Notes: generated from the sequence alone by a model not told the origin. Positions 48,071 through 58,444 are shown, numbered from the stretch's first letter. The stretch: DNA of 64,000 bases from an uncultured Chthonomonas sp. (GCA_903859705.1 CAIONQ010000063.1:55611-119610), one strand, 5' to 3'. Translations and numbers: made by a program.

Positions 48071-48832
48071 TCAGGGCTCAATATTTGCCAGGAAGTCTTT
48101 ACTCGTTGTGCCGTTTGTATCAAGGCTTGAGTACTTGCGATACTTGGCACTCCCATCATACTTCAGCCCATTAAAGCCTTCAGTATGCCTTGCCGGGTAG
48201 TGGGTATGTGCGGAAGTTCCGGTGAGATCCTGACTGATTGGGAACGGGCCCCGAAATCCCGGCACGTTAGAGGTTGTTGGATCTGCAGTTGTGCTGGTGT
48301 TTGCACAGCCCGGCGTACGTTTGTGATCCCATACAAAGTACACCGTAGGGTTAGAAACAAAAGCATCTGGCTGGCCCATGGGTCCATTATAAATGTAGCT
48401 CATGGCGTAACCAACCTGGCCCGCAGAATAAGAAGGGCACCGGAAGATCTGCTGATTCTTAACATATGGCTGCAGAAAGCCTGCCTTCACACCCTGATAG
48501 TTCTTTGGCAACGGTGACGGCTCTGGGCCAAGGGCAGTGTCGTATGGGGCCCACCAAATCTCGTTTGGGCCTGTAAGCACCGTAGGGCTGGCATTGGTGC
48601 ACAACTGATCCGCAGGCGTATCCGGGCAAAATCTGTATCGCGGATTTATCTCATCGTAGTCGCCACGATACATGGCAATAGCCAGCCCAATCTGGTGCTG
48701 GTTACTTACGCAGGAGGCAGTACGCCCTTTCTCTCTCGCCTGGGAAAACACTGGGAACAGAATAGATGCAAGGATTGCTATAATTGCGATAACAACAAGA
48801 AGTTCAATTAACGTAAATCCGCGCGATCTCAT
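48071..48832 (-). CDS. DUF1559 prepilin-type protein (H-X9-DG), paralog 6
   Basis: I chose start [11 protein letters not shown] (48832), which has a GGAGAAGG ribosome-binding site. The listed ORF extends 17 codons further 5'. '[14 protein letters not shown]'. Confidence 0.85.
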   Translation of the reverse strand: MRSRGFTLIELLVVIAIIAILASILFPVFSQAREKGRTASCVSNQHQIGLAIAMYRGDYDEINPRYRFCPDTPADQLCTNASPTVLTGPNEIWWAPYDTALGPEPSPLPKNYQGVKAGFLQPYVKNQQIFRCPSYSAGQVGYAMSYIYNGPMGQPDAFVSNPTVYFVWDHKRTPGCANTSTTADPTTSNVPGFRGPFPISQDLTGTSAHTHYPARHTEGFNGLKYDGSAKYRKYSSLDTNGTTSKDFLANIEP

Positions 48833-48901
48833 ATTCGGTCGTCCTTCTCCCTGGTGGGCACCAGTTAAATGCTCAAGAACCATCCATAGTTAACAGAAAT
48901 A

Positions 48902-49525
48902 TTACCTTGTATGTTGCTGTTGATGTGCATTGTAACTGGTAGCCTCGCTGCCCATTAAGCCACTGAGCTCGCGCACGGCACGCTCACGCCCGTGTATTTC
49001 CATCGCCTTTGCAAACTCTGCCGCCACAAAATCCGCAGCCTCTATGGCCACGCTCTGCTGGGGTGCACCATCTGCATACTGCCGCACCAGCGGCGGAAGT
49101 TCACCGAACAGGCACGTAGCAAAGAGATCTGCCTTAAAACAAACATCTGTGTATCCGTTACACACAATGCTTCCTGCAATAACAATATCTGGCTCACTGT
49201 CGACAATCTCAAAATCGGCGGCATCGTTTGCCATCTCGCTGGCCGGTATCCGGGTAACTACGGCACCATGTCTTCTAAACTGGTCGGCTAAACGCTCCGC
49301 AAAGGGTGAGAGGCTATGGTCCTGTTCAACTCCAAGTACAATGTGCAATGTGTTCAATGGGCTAATAGGCGCTGCACAGTAGCCGTGCAAGTTGGGCACT
49401 GCCTTCTTATGTCTATCCAGGCTCTCCAGCCTGGCAATGCGGTGCTCCTGTTCGTTAAGGCGTAACGTAAGTATTGCCACTGCAAAAGCCAGTACAACAA
49501 ACCCGGCTATTATCGCTATTAGCAT
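48902..49525 (-). CDS. N-terminally membrane-anchored hypothetical protein (207 aa), downstream partner of the flotillin-like gene
   Basis: Single N-terminal transmembrane helix 'MLIAIIAGFVVLAFAVAILTL'. It lies 73 bp downstream of the flotillin-like gene on the same strand. Confidence 0.5.
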   Translation of the reverse strand: MLIAIIAGFVVLAFAVAILTLRLNEQEHRIARLESLDRHKKAVPNLHGYCAAPISPLNTLHIVLGVEQDHSLSPFAERLADQFRRHGAVVTRIPASEMANDAADFEIVDSEPDIVIAGSIVCNGYTDVCFKADLFATCLFGELPPLVRQYADGAPQQSVAIEAADFVAAEFAKAMEIHGRERAVRELSGLMGSEATSYNAHQQQHTR

Positions 49526-49598
49526 GTGCTTTCCCTGCAGTTTTAGGCACCACCGGAGCCCGACTACGGTGGTGCCTGTGCTGATCTACAATCTCAGT

Positions 49599-51749
49599 TT
49601 ATTTAGAACTATCACCACCTGAGTCGGGGGTGGACGTGGGTGCGTTGCTGGCGGGAGCAGCACCAACACCGATTTTTATTTCCGGCAGTTCGGCAACGTG
49701 CGGAGCGTCCGCTCCGATGCCCTTGGCTAACACCATAGACATCAAAGTGGTAAGCAGGTTTACTGCGGTGCCTTCATTGTCCGATCCCGCTGCGCCACCG
49801 CCGAGCACTATGTTAGTTGCTGGCACCAGCGGATGCTTGATGCCTGTAAGCGCTCTGGATAGCTCCTTAATAGCAAGCTGTTGGATGTTGAACTCAGAGG
49901 AACCGTAAGCCAGGCGAACCGCTTCGATGCCTGCGGCTTCTGCCTTCTTGTTCAGCGTAGTACCTTCCGCCTCCGCCCTGGCAAGTGTCAGGTTACGAGA
50001 TGCTTCTGCCTCCGCCATCAAACGCGTTCGTTTTGCCTCTGCCTCTGCGGCAACAACTGTCTGCTGTGCGTTTGCTTCCGCAACGGTAATCGTTCTCTCC
50101 TTCTCTTTCAAAGCGCGCTGCGCCGCAGCGGATCCCTGATTGGTTTCTATCTGTATCTGAACCGATGAGGCAGTCAGGTCCGTCTGGCGTGCAGCAAGTG
50201 CCTGTGCTTCGTTCAGGGAGCGCAGCCCGGTTTGCGCCTTCTCCTGCTCTTCGTAAGTAGAAACCTGCTCACGAGCCACCTGCCTGGCGCGTATCTGATC
50301 CAGAATGCTCTCTATCTGCTTATCACCCGCATGAGAGTGCGGCGTGCCGATCAGTACTTCGTGCACTGTAAGATCGTACTCCGCAAACCTCTGGCGCATG
50401 GCCTCCGTAGCCGAGCGCTGAATGTCACCACGCTCCTGAATGAGCTCAATCAGGGTGCGTTTCTGTCCTTCATCTTTGAAGTAGGCAGAAACCAGTGGGT
50501 CAAGGCTCTGCTCTATCAGGCTCTTAATACTTCCAAAGCGTTGTATAACATGCGGCGCCTTTTTGTAATCGATACTGATAACGACGCTCAAAGGCAGCTC
50601 AGGTTCAAACGCATCCTGAGTAATCAGGCCAATTTCTCGCAGGCTAGCATCCAGCTTGTGCTCGCCAACTTCACTCTCTTTCCATTTCAGAATAATGTTT
50701 GTCGTTGGTACTTTTACCACCTGGCCCGCATAGGGGTTAAAGGCGTACTTGCCAGGCATATACGGGTCTTCCCATATTCCCCTGCCACCTTTGCGGCATA
50801 TCTCACCATGGGTAAATGCCGCACCAGATGTGTCTTCACCGGGCTGGCCATAGTAAGAAACCACCACTCCCGCGTATCCCACTTCAACGGTAGTCTTGCT
50901 GGTAAGCTCCACGCTGGCGTACAGTTGGTTTATCCAGTACGTACCTTCGCTCAGCACCTGGTACTGGCGGCCACGGTAACCACCCGCATTAAGGAACGCC
51001 TGAGGATCCTGGAAGTTGTTGTGATAGTTCGGATCGCTGCGAGAATCGCCTACAGTTGGAGCAATAATCTCTCCCTGCGGTAGCGACGGTCCATCGTGAA
51101 CGGTTACAACGCCAAGTTGGTCCTTGCTGCCATCAATTATTACAGGGCTAAACCCTGCAGTTTTTGCGATATGGTCTGCAACTGTTCTGAACTGCTGCTT
51201 CTCTTCTTTGTCCCCAATCGGTAAGAAGGAGATCTCGTCTGGGCCACTTATAACCGTAAATTGCGCCAGATTAATGGCATAGGTACCTTCACGCAGAATG
51301 GCGCGCTGAGGTCCCTGCTGTCCGCCTTCGGTTAAAAACTGGCGAACATCAGTAAACGCTCCGTTGCAAACTACATGGCCCAGGGTTTGTCCTGCCTCAA
51401 CCATCTCCTTGCCATCCACTCGGGTGTACCTGCCAAGAGGCTGTCCATCCCGGGCAAATACGTAACCAATCTGCCCGCGGTGGATGGTAACCAGCGGTAC
51501 TTTGTGAACTTTGTATCTCCATCCCGGGAGAAAGTGGAAGCCACCACGCAGCACATCTGGCTGGAAGCCAGCCTCTCCGCTTAGCGCTATCAGTTTGCCC
51601 TTAAGCGCGCCGCCACCCCACTTTTTTTCAACTACGCCTACTTCTGTGTTGCCAATAATCTGAAGGCCAAAAAACCAGAAGGCACCCTTTAGCACTACAG
51701 CCAGGGTAAGCAACACACCAACCGCAACTAGAACCTGATTAGTGTTCAT
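49599..51749 (-). CDS. Flotillin-like SPFH/band-7 domain membrane protein
   Basis: I chose start MNTNQVLVAVG (51749), which has GAAGGAG 7 nt upstream. Transmembrane helix, then SPFH domain, then a long Ala/Glu-rich coiled coil ('AEAEAKRTRLMAEAEASRNLTLARAEAEG'). Confidence 0.8.
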   Translation of the reverse strand: MNTNQVLVAVGVLLTLAVVLKGAFWFFGLQIIGNTEVGVVEKKWGGGALKGKLIALSGEAGFQPDVLRGGFHFLPGWRYKVHKVPLVTIHRGQIGYVFARDGQPLGRYTRVDGKEMVEAGQTLGHVVCNGAFTDVRQFLTEGGQQGPQRAILREGTYAINLAQFTVISGPDEISFLPIGDKEEKQQFRTVADHIAKTAGFSPVIIDGSKDQLGVVTVHDGPSLPQGEIIAPTVGDSRSDPNYHNNFQDPQAFLNAGGYRGRQYQVLSEGTYWINQLYASVELTSKTTVEVGYAGVVVSYYGQPGEDTSGAAFTHGEICRKGGRGIWEDPYMPGKYAFNPYAGQVVKVPTTNIILKWKESEVGEHKLDASLREIGLITQDAFEPELPLSVVISIDYKKAPHVIQRFGSIKSLIEQSLDPLVSAYFKDEGQKRTLIELIQERGDIQRSATEAMRQRFAEYDLTVHEVLIGTPHSHAGDKQIESILDQIRARQVAREQVSTYEEQEKAQTGLRSLNEAQALAARQTDLTASSVQIQIETNQGSAAAQRALKEKERTITVAEANAQQTVVAAEAEAKRTRLMAEAEASRNLTLARAEAEGTTLNKKAEAAGIEAVRLAYGSSEFNIQQLAIKELSRALTGIKHPLVPATNIVLGGGAAGSDNEGTAVNLLTTLMSMVLAKGIGADAPHVAELPEIKIGVGAAPASNAPTSTPDSGGDSSK

Positions 51750-52131
51750 CCAACGCTCCTTCGCGCAGTCACCCGCTCGGATTTCGTGCCAGGCGAATCG
51801 CGCACTGGCTCCAATTGGGCAGCAGTCTGCACAGACTGCGGCAGCGGCAGCTACGTTATCCACGGTAATCAGTAATAAGATCTTGCTGCTAAAATAAGAT
51901 TACGTAAGCATATATAGTCACAGTTTCACTAAAATAACTGTGTAAGCAAAAAATATTTCTGCAGTCATAAAAAGCATCTGAGGGCATAGAAATTCATATT
52001 GCTCTCGGGTATGCCGTGCGGCAGAGGGGGCATCAGAAGGATAAGGCAGGGTGCTTAGAGAACACATGCTTTAGCCAACGGCGGTTACGAAGCGTGGCTA
52101 AAGTTCTGTTCGTTTGATGAGTTGGAGGGCA

Positions 52132-52530
52132 ATGAATTTGGCTGAAGCACGCAGAATGCTGTTGTTTGGCAGTGTGTGCGCGTTCCTATCGGTAGCTATC
52201 GGCGCATTTGGCGCACATGCGCTCAAATCGCGGCTCGAGCTCAATGGCACATCAGCTGTTTTCGAAACTGGGGTGCACTATCAAATGCTGCACTCGGTAG
52301 CACTGTTGCTGTTGGCAGCATTTGCTTCCACTGGCCTCGTGCCAGCCAACAAAGTAGATCGCATCGGCGTGTGCTTCCTGGTAGGCATCGTAATTTTCTC
52401 TGGCAGCCTGTATCTTCTTGCCATATCTGGCATCAAATTGCTTGGTGCAATCACTCCGTTCGGAGGTGTAGCATTTATGGCAGGCTGGTTGATGCTGGCA
52501 GCTTCGGCACGGCAGAAACCGGTGGGGTAA
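52132..52530 (+). CDS. DUF423 family small membrane protein
   Basis: 'LLFGSVCAFLSVAIGAFGAHALK' is the typical DUF423 N-terminus. The start is ambiguous (TTG 52114, ATG 52132 or ATG 52156). Confidence 0.65.
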   Translation: MNLAEARRMLLFGSVCAFLSVAIGAFGAHALKSRLELNGTSAVFETGVHYQMLHSVALLLLAAFASTGLVPANKVDRIGVCFLVGIVIFSGSLYLLAISGIKLLGAITPFGGVAFMAGWLMLAASARQKPVG

Positions 52531-52533
52531 CCC

Positions 52534-53397
52534 GTGATTCCACTGATCGATACCCATCAGCATCTGTGGGATGTAACGCAGTTTAATCTGCTATGGCTCC
52601 CCGATAGTGGCCCACTCGCTGGCACGCATGATATTAAACGCTATCAGCAGGAGGCAGCAGCCTGCGGCATTGCATGTACCCTTTACATGGAAGCAGATGT
52701 TTCGCCGGAACAGCGCCCCGCAGAAGCCGAATATGTAATAAACCTGTGTCAGGATCCCGCTTCGCGAATGGTTGGTGCCACAATCGGCGGCATGCCAACA
52801 CATCCCAACTTTGAAGAGTACATAGAACGGTATGGGGCGTCGCCATATGTTCTCGGCATCCGCCAGGTTCTGCACGGATCGCTTCAAACTTCAGAATTCC
52901 TGAGCAGTCCATTTCTCAATGGCCTCAAGTTATTAGAGCGGTATAACCTTCACTTTGATCTGTGCCTGCGCCCGAATGAGATTTGGGCCGCCGCAGATCT
53001 TGCGGATGCCTGCCCAGGCGTAAGGTTTGTTCTTGATCATTGTGGCAATGGCGAGCCACAGTCTGCAGATCGCAGCAAATGGGCCGGCGATATTCGCTTG
53101 GCCTCGCAGCGTGAGAACATCATCTGCAAAGTCAGCGGAATTGTAGCCGGAGCTGCAGAACACTGGAGCGCGGAAGACCTCCGCCCGATCATCGAGCACT
53201 GTGCGGAGTGTTTCGGCCCCAATCGGCTCGTTTTTGGCAGCGACTGGCCTGTGTGTACCCTGAGATCTGGCCTGGATAAGTGGGTGGAAACTCTGCGTTT
53301 GATCACCTCACGGTGGTCCAAGGATGAGCAGCATGCGCTGTATCACCGCAATGCCGAGAAGTTTTATGGGCTTGCGCCTGTAGAAACTGCCGAATGA
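52534..53397 (+). CDS. Amidohydrolase-2 family metal-dependent hydrolase (possible sugar lactonase)
   Basis: 'LIDTHQHLWD' metal-binding motif and a TIM-barrel hydrolase pattern. GTG start 4 nt after the DUF423 gene stop. Confidence 0.8.
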   Translation: MIPLIDTHQHLWDVTQFNLLWLPDSGPLAGTHDIKRYQQEAAACGIACTLYMEADVSPEQRPAEAEYVINLCQDPASRMVGATIGGMPTHPNFEEYIERYGASPYVLGIRQVLHGSLQTSEFLSSPFLNGLKLLERYNLHFDLCLRPNEIWAAADLADACPGVRFVLDHCGNGEPQSADRSKWAGDIRLASQRENIICKVSGIVAGAAEHWSAEDLRPIIEHCAECFGPNRLVFGSDWPVCTLRSGLDKWVETLRLITSRWSKDEQHALYHRNAEKFYGLAPVETAE

Positions 53398-53463
53398 GAT
53401 TTACGACCATTGCACTGAAAATTCCCTCAGTGCGTTCAACACCTCGCAACGGAGCGCATGTAA

Positions 53464-55920
53464 TTGAGTAAAAGGTTCTCTATCCGGCGGCAGCCATCGC
53501 TCCTCCTCTTGCTGTTCGCCCTTATCATTGGTCCCCTGTTTGCGCCAGCATCGGCATCTGCTCAGGAGCCAATTCGCCTGGTTGTGTGGGGGCTCGAATC
53601 TGGTGAAGAGACACAGGGGCAGGATTCCAAAATCCGAGAGTTTGAACGCAGGCATCCGGGAATCAAGGTAACTGCGCTCTCTATGGGCGCCGGTGCAATG
53701 AATCCGCAAAAGCTAATGACAGCAATTGTCGGCGGCGTTCCTCCGGATCTTGTTCGGCAGGATAGATTTACTGTAGGTGACTGGGCCAGCAGAGGTGCCT
53801 TCCGTGGGCTAAACGATCTGCTTGCCCTTGAGGCGCAACGCGGCGGCCCGGAAGCAATCCGTAAAGAGGATTATGTGCCCGCAACCTGGGCCGAAACCCA
53901 GTATAAAGGCGATACGTTTGCCATCCCCATGGATACGGACGATCGCGTTTTGTACTACAACAAAACGCTGTTCAAACAGGTAGGCCTGGATCCGAATCAT
54001 CCACCGCAAACCTGGGATGAGCTAATTGACTATGCAAAGAAACTAACTCGGCGAGGGCCAGGCGGTGCCTTTGAACGCATAGGGTTTGTGCCTATTTATG
54101 GGCAGGGTTGGCTGTACTTATGGTCATGGATGCAGGATGGCGAATTTATGTCGCCGGATGGGCGCACCTGTACTCTTAACAACCCGGGTACAGAAAAAGC
54201 GCTTACAGCCATGGTTAACTGGTACGATGCCCTCGGGGGTATCGATGCCGTAAATACGTTTGCTGGCGGATTCGCCGGCGCAGATCAAGATCCGTTCCTC
54301 ACTGGCAAACTGGCTATGATGATCCAGGGCGATGGATTTGTCGGATCAATAGCACGCTACCATCCTGAAATAGATTTTGGGGTTGCACCAGCACCAGTGC
54401 CGGCCGAGCGCTTGCGGCATGAAGGCCGGTTTAAAGGAGAGAAAACCTGGATAACCTGGTCTGGCGGGTTTGCATGGGCAATCCCGCGCGGCTCCAAGCA
54501 CTATAAAGAAGCCTGGGAATTTCTCCGATGGATGAACTCCCCGGAGGCCAACCTGATAGCGGCCAAGGCACAGTCTGCCTATGCGCACAGCAAAGGGCGC
54601 CTCTTCGTCCCAGCTTTGCTCGCTAACCAACTCTCAACCCGGGCCGTGTTTGATGCGTATAGCAGCTCGTTACCCAAGAAATTTCTGGATGCCAAACAGG
54701 TTGCGTTAGATCTCCTACCCAGCACCCAGTTCCGACCTGTAACGTTTGTTGGACAGCGCCTGTGGGACGAGCACGTTCGCGCGGTGGATCAATCTGTTCG
54801 CCACACAAAAACACCGCAGGCTGCACTTGCATACGGGCAAACACAGGTTCAGATCGAGCTGAATAAGGTCTATAACCGAGATGCTCACCCGCTTGTGGAT
54901 AGCGCAAAAGTCTCCGGAGTAATCGGGATTATCGTCCTTGGTGGCGTGCTGGTGCTCTTTTGGAAAATGGCGGTCTGGATGCGGGCACACAGCCGCGCCA
55001 CCCGCGCCGAGGCATGGGCAGGCTTTACCTTTGTGCTCCCGTGGATTGTTGGGTTCCTGGCGTTCACCTTCGGCCCAATCATTGCCTCATTTATCCTGAG
55101 CTTCTGCGATTACGATGTTCTGCACCCTGCACGCTTCGCGGGGGTGGCCAACTACGTATCTCTGGCCACGCTGGATAGAGCATTTGTACTTAAGTCAATC
55201 ACAAATGCAATTGTGCTTGCGATGATTGGAATTCCGCTGGGTATGATGACCAGCCTTTCGATGGCGATGCTGCTCAATACGAAAGTTCGCGGCCTTAAGT
55301 ACTATCGAACAGCATTCTACATGCCAAGTATTGTTCCCGTGGTAGCAACAACGGTTCTCTGGGCCTGGATTCTTAATGGAGATCCGTCTCGCGGTCTATT
55401 GAATGCTGTCTGGAAAACCACCCTTACGGCATGGTTTCACCTGGCTCCTCCTGGCTGGCTTTCAGTACCGATCTGGGCCAAGCCAAGCCTTAACCTCATT
55501 GGCCTCTGGGGTGCGGGTGGCGGCATGATACTGTGGCTCGCCGGCCTGCAGTCAATACCGGCAACGCTGTATGAGGCGGCCTCTTTGGATGGGGCCGCAC
55601 CACGGCAGCAGTTCTGGCACATCACGCTGCCCATGCTTTCACCATACATCTTCTTTAACCTGATTATGGGAACCATTGGGGCTCTGCAAACCTTTGAAAC
55701 GGCCTATATTCTGGGAAATACTGCAGGTGGGCAAACAACCGGGCCAGATGATAGCCTGCTTGTACCCGTGGTTTACCTGTTTAACAATGCGTTCCAGTAC
55801 TTTAAGATGGGGTACGCAAGTGCACTCGCATGGATCCTGTTCATCATTATTCTGGGGCTCACCCTTGGCCAGGTAAAGCTCTCGAAGCGGTGGGTCCACT
55901 ACGAGTCTGAAACTCGCTAA
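53464..55920 (+). CDS. ABC transporter: extracellular solute-binding protein (family 1) fused in-frame to a MalF/UgpA-type permease
   Basis: Residues 1 to about 470 are an SBP_bac_1-like sugar-binding domain with a signal peptide. This is followed by a transmembrane linker and a roughly 330-aa permease ('FTFVLPWIVGFLAFTFGPIIASF'). A vestigial internal Met ('MRAHSRATRAEAWAG') marks the likely ancestral permease start. Confidence 0.75.
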   Translation: MSKRFSIRRQPSLLLLLFALIIGPLFAPASASAQEPIRLVVWGLESGEETQGQDSKIREFERRHPGIKVTALSMGAGAMNPQKLMTAIVGGVPPDLVRQDRFTVGDWASRGAFRGLNDLLALEAQRGGPEAIRKEDYVPATWAETQYKGDTFAIPMDTDDRVLYYNKTLFKQVGLDPNHPPQTWDELIDYAKKLTRRGPGGAFERIGFVPIYGQGWLYLWSWMQDGEFMSPDGRTCTLNNPGTEKALTAMVNWYDALGGIDAVNTFAGGFAGADQDPFLTGKLAMMIQGDGFVGSIARYHPEIDFGVAPAPVPAERLRHEGRFKGEKTWITWSGGFAWAIPRGSKHYKEAWEFLRWMNSPEANLIAAKAQSAYAHSKGRLFVPALLANQLSTRAVFDAYSSSLPKKFLDAKQVALDLLPSTQFRPVTFVGQRLWDEHVRAVDQSVRHTKTPQAALAYGQTQVQIELNKVYNRDAHPLVDSAKVSGVIGIIVLGGVLVLFWKMAVWMRAHSRATRAEAWAGFTFVLPWIVGFLAFTFGPIIASFILSFCDYDVLHPARFAGVANYVSLATLDRAFVLKSITNAIVLAMIGIPLGMMTSLSMAMLLNTKVRGLKYYRTAFYMPSIVPVVATTVLWAWILNGDPSRGLLNAVWKTTLTAWFHLAPPGWLSVPIWAKPSLNLIGLWGAGGGMILWLAGLQSIPATLYEAASLDGAAPRQQFWHITLPMLSPYIFFNLIMGTIGALQTFETAYILGNTAGGQTTGPDDSLLVPVVYLFNNAFQYFKMGYASALAWILFIIILGLTLGQVKLSKRWVHYESETR

Positions 55921-55974
55921 CTTGCCATCTTGTCATGATCGCGCCGCTATAGAAACTGGACCACAGAGAAATCT

Positions 55975-57255
55975 ATGAATGCACTGGGCTGGCTAATAAT
56001 AATCATACTGGGCTACGGGGCACTGGCGCTCTGGGTGGCTCACATCATGCGAGCGTTCCGCTTCGGCAACAAAAAGCTTGCAGGCATACTTCTGGCGTTG
56101 CCCCTGCTGCTGCTGCTAATTGCAGGGTTAATTCCGGGCGTTCTGCGAGCACCGGGTATAGAGCTGCTGCTGCTTGGCGGCACAGTTGCGATATCGCGGG
56201 CGCTGTTCGCCAGCCAGCCACTCGTACCAATCAAAGAAACGCGCCCTGCACTGCTGCACCTGGTGCTAATCACTGGCTCCGCACTGTTTCTCGTTCCATT
56301 TGTGTGGATGGTAATCACCTCGGTGAAAGAGGACACCCAGATGTCCAAATTCCCTCCAGAGTGGATTCCAACGCAGCAGGTTAAGATACAGCGCAATGGC
56401 AAGGCACAGGGCCTGGTAAAAGTAAAGTTTGGCGATCAGCTGAAGGCTGCAGCTGTTACGGAAACGTTCACGGATGGAACCCTGCAGGTGGAAGCACTGG
56501 ATGATGCCACCCTCACAAAGCGCCTTTCACGAGCGGATGTAGAACAGGTCCGTCACTTTGATCCGGTTTGGAAGAACTACCCGGATGCACTGAAGTTTTT
56601 GCCACGGGATTCAAAGTTCGGGTTGGTAAACCTGCAGAACACGCTGATAATTGCAATCATGTCCGTGCTCGGTACGGTACTTTCCTCCAGCCTGGTTGCC
56701 TACAGCTTCTCACGGTTGCGCTGGCCCGGGAGAGACTGGCTGTTCGGCCTGGTGTTGGCAACAATGATGCTGCCAGATGCAGTTACAATGATGCCGCGCT
56801 TCCTTATCTTTAGATCACTGCATTGGATAGATACCCTGAACCCACTGTGGGTACCCTCATTCTTCGCATCAGCATTCAACGTATTTCTGTTGCGGCAGTT
56901 CTTTATGGGAATACCAAAAGAGCTGGAAGATGCCTCTCGCATAGATGGCTGCTCCTACTTCGGCACCTACTGGCGCGTAATGCTTCCCATGGTAAAGCCC
57001 GCACTCGCGGCAGTAACCATAATGACCTTTATCAACGCCTGGAAAGACTTCATGGGTCCGCTCATCTACATCTCCAGCCCCGAAAAAATGCCCTTATCGT
57101 ACGTGCTGCAGCTGTTCAACTCATCGCATGGCAGTGAGCCCGGCATGCTAATGGCCGCCACCACGCTGGTTATGACTCCCGTAATCGTGCTCTTCTTCTT
57201 TACACAAAAGTACTTCATAGAAGGCGTAACCCTCACCGGCCTCGGCGGAAGATAA
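55975..57255 (+). CDS. ABC transporter permease (MalG/UgpE type) with an extended periplasmic loop
   Basis: EAA-loop region 'LEDASRIDGCSYFGTYWRVMLPMVKPAL'. 426 aa. Confidence 0.8.
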   Translation: MNALGWLIIIILGYGALALWVAHIMRAFRFGNKKLAGILLALPLLLLLIAGLIPGVLRAPGIELLLLGGTVAISRALFASQPLVPIKETRPALLHLVLITGSALFLVPFVWMVITSVKEDTQMSKFPPEWIPTQQVKIQRNGKAQGLVKVKFGDQLKAAAVTETFTDGTLQVEALDDATLTKRLSRADVEQVRHFDPVWKNYPDALKFLPRDSKFGLVNLQNTLIIAIMSVLGTVLSSSLVAYSFSRLRWPGRDWLFGLVLATMMLPDAVTMMPRFLIFRSLHWIDTLNPLWVPSFFASAFNVFLLRQFFMGIPKELEDASRIDGCSYFGTYWRVMLPMVKPALAAVTIMTFINAWKDFMGPLIYISSPEKMPLSYVLQLFNSSHGSEPGMLMAATTLVMTPVIVLFFFTQKYFIEGVTLTGLGGR

Positions 57256-57272
57256 TAACGAAAGAAGCAGAA

Positions 57273-57312
57273 AAATGGCTCCGAATCAAATCTGGTTCGG
57301 AGCCATTTTGCT
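57273..57312 (+). terminator. Rho-independent terminator after the ABC operon
   Basis: Stem aatggctccgaa / ttcggagccatt, followed by ttgctg. Confidence 0.7.
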
Positions 57313-58003
57313 GCCCCCACTATGCCCGACTCTCCCAACCCACAACCTATCGTATCTGCAAACCTCAATACGGTGAACCTGGCTCTCAACAAACCTTTGC
57401 TGCCTGGAGACTTTGCGTGAGGCTATATCACTGAATGTTTCCAATTGCCTTGCCGCTCGGCGCCTGCACGCCATTGGTGCCAACTACTGGCCCTACGGGT
57501 CGTACCTGTCGTACTCTGGTCTTAATCCCCAATTGTGCAGGCAGGACGTTAATAAAGAAATGCCGAATTAGTGCGCAGAAAATTGGAGCCTTGTGATCAT
57601 GAGGTGACAATTCGTACTGCGAACACAACTGAGCGCAGGCTTTTTCAGCGCTCGCCCGGGGGCATCAAGGTTGCTGTTGTATTTGCGAAACTGGCCCAAC
57701 AATAGCAATGTATCGGCCGATACGGCATGGAGAAGGTAGGCGCATCACTGATGTGCCGATCCTGGCTCTATGCTGACTTGCCCCGGCCTCCATCTCCTCA
57801 AAGTGGGGCGTCCAGAAAACCACGCTGGTACTGCCTTATTACCATGATCGGTCAATTCGACGGTTTATTATAGGCTCTGAAGCATAATCTCAGTGCCGTG
57901 TGGGCTTTGTTCCCCGCATGCTTTCTAGTCATGTATGAAGTGTATATTCAACCTATGCACGGATGGTGATGAGATAGGTTTACTACGAGACCAGGAGAAA
58001 ATC

Positions 58004-58444
58004 ATGCGAAAATCATGCGCACCGCGCAAAATTAGGATTTGGTCCCGCAGGGACTTTGATTATTCGCAAGGTGGGTACCGTGGCGGACAGATTGGTTGTT
58101 ACGTTATGGCAGCCCTTGCGATAGGTGTCCCAGTAGCAGCCCGTATTGGCGGAATCGATAATGGCATTCCAAAATATGTAGAGGCCGCTGTAGTGATCTA
58201 TGGTGTTGCTTGCCTGATGCTGGGTATTCACCAGGCTTACATAAACAGTTTGCTTAGAGGTGCCATATCTGAAGATTCCGTTGCCGATAAGTTAGATCTG
58301 TCCCTCTTGCTTATGTCTCAGATCAAAAGCAGTGGCAAGGTAACACCAAAATTTGAGATAGATGGGGTCCGGTTTTACGACCCACGAGATTTTGAAGAGT
58401 ACACAACTTTACCGGATGCTTCACACCACAGGATTGGTTCGTGA
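58004..58444 (+). CDS. Hypothetical membrane protein (146 aa) in a locally low-GC segment
   Basis: AGGAG ribosome-binding site before ATG 58004. Two predicted transmembrane helices. GC is visibly below the window average. No homology recognised. Confidence 0.35.
   Translation: MRKSCAPRKIRIWSRRDFDYSQGGYRGGQIGCYVMAALAIGVPVAARIGGIDNGIPKYVEAAVVIYGVACLMLGIHQAYINSLLRGAISEDSVADKLDLSLLLMSQIKSSGKVTPKFEIDGVRFYDPRDFEEYTTLPDASHHRIGS

Noticed and set aside
50232-51083. 283-aa plus-strand ORF
   Set aside because: It lies inside, and antisense to, the flotillin-like gene, which has a clear SPFH domain and a strong ribosome-binding site.
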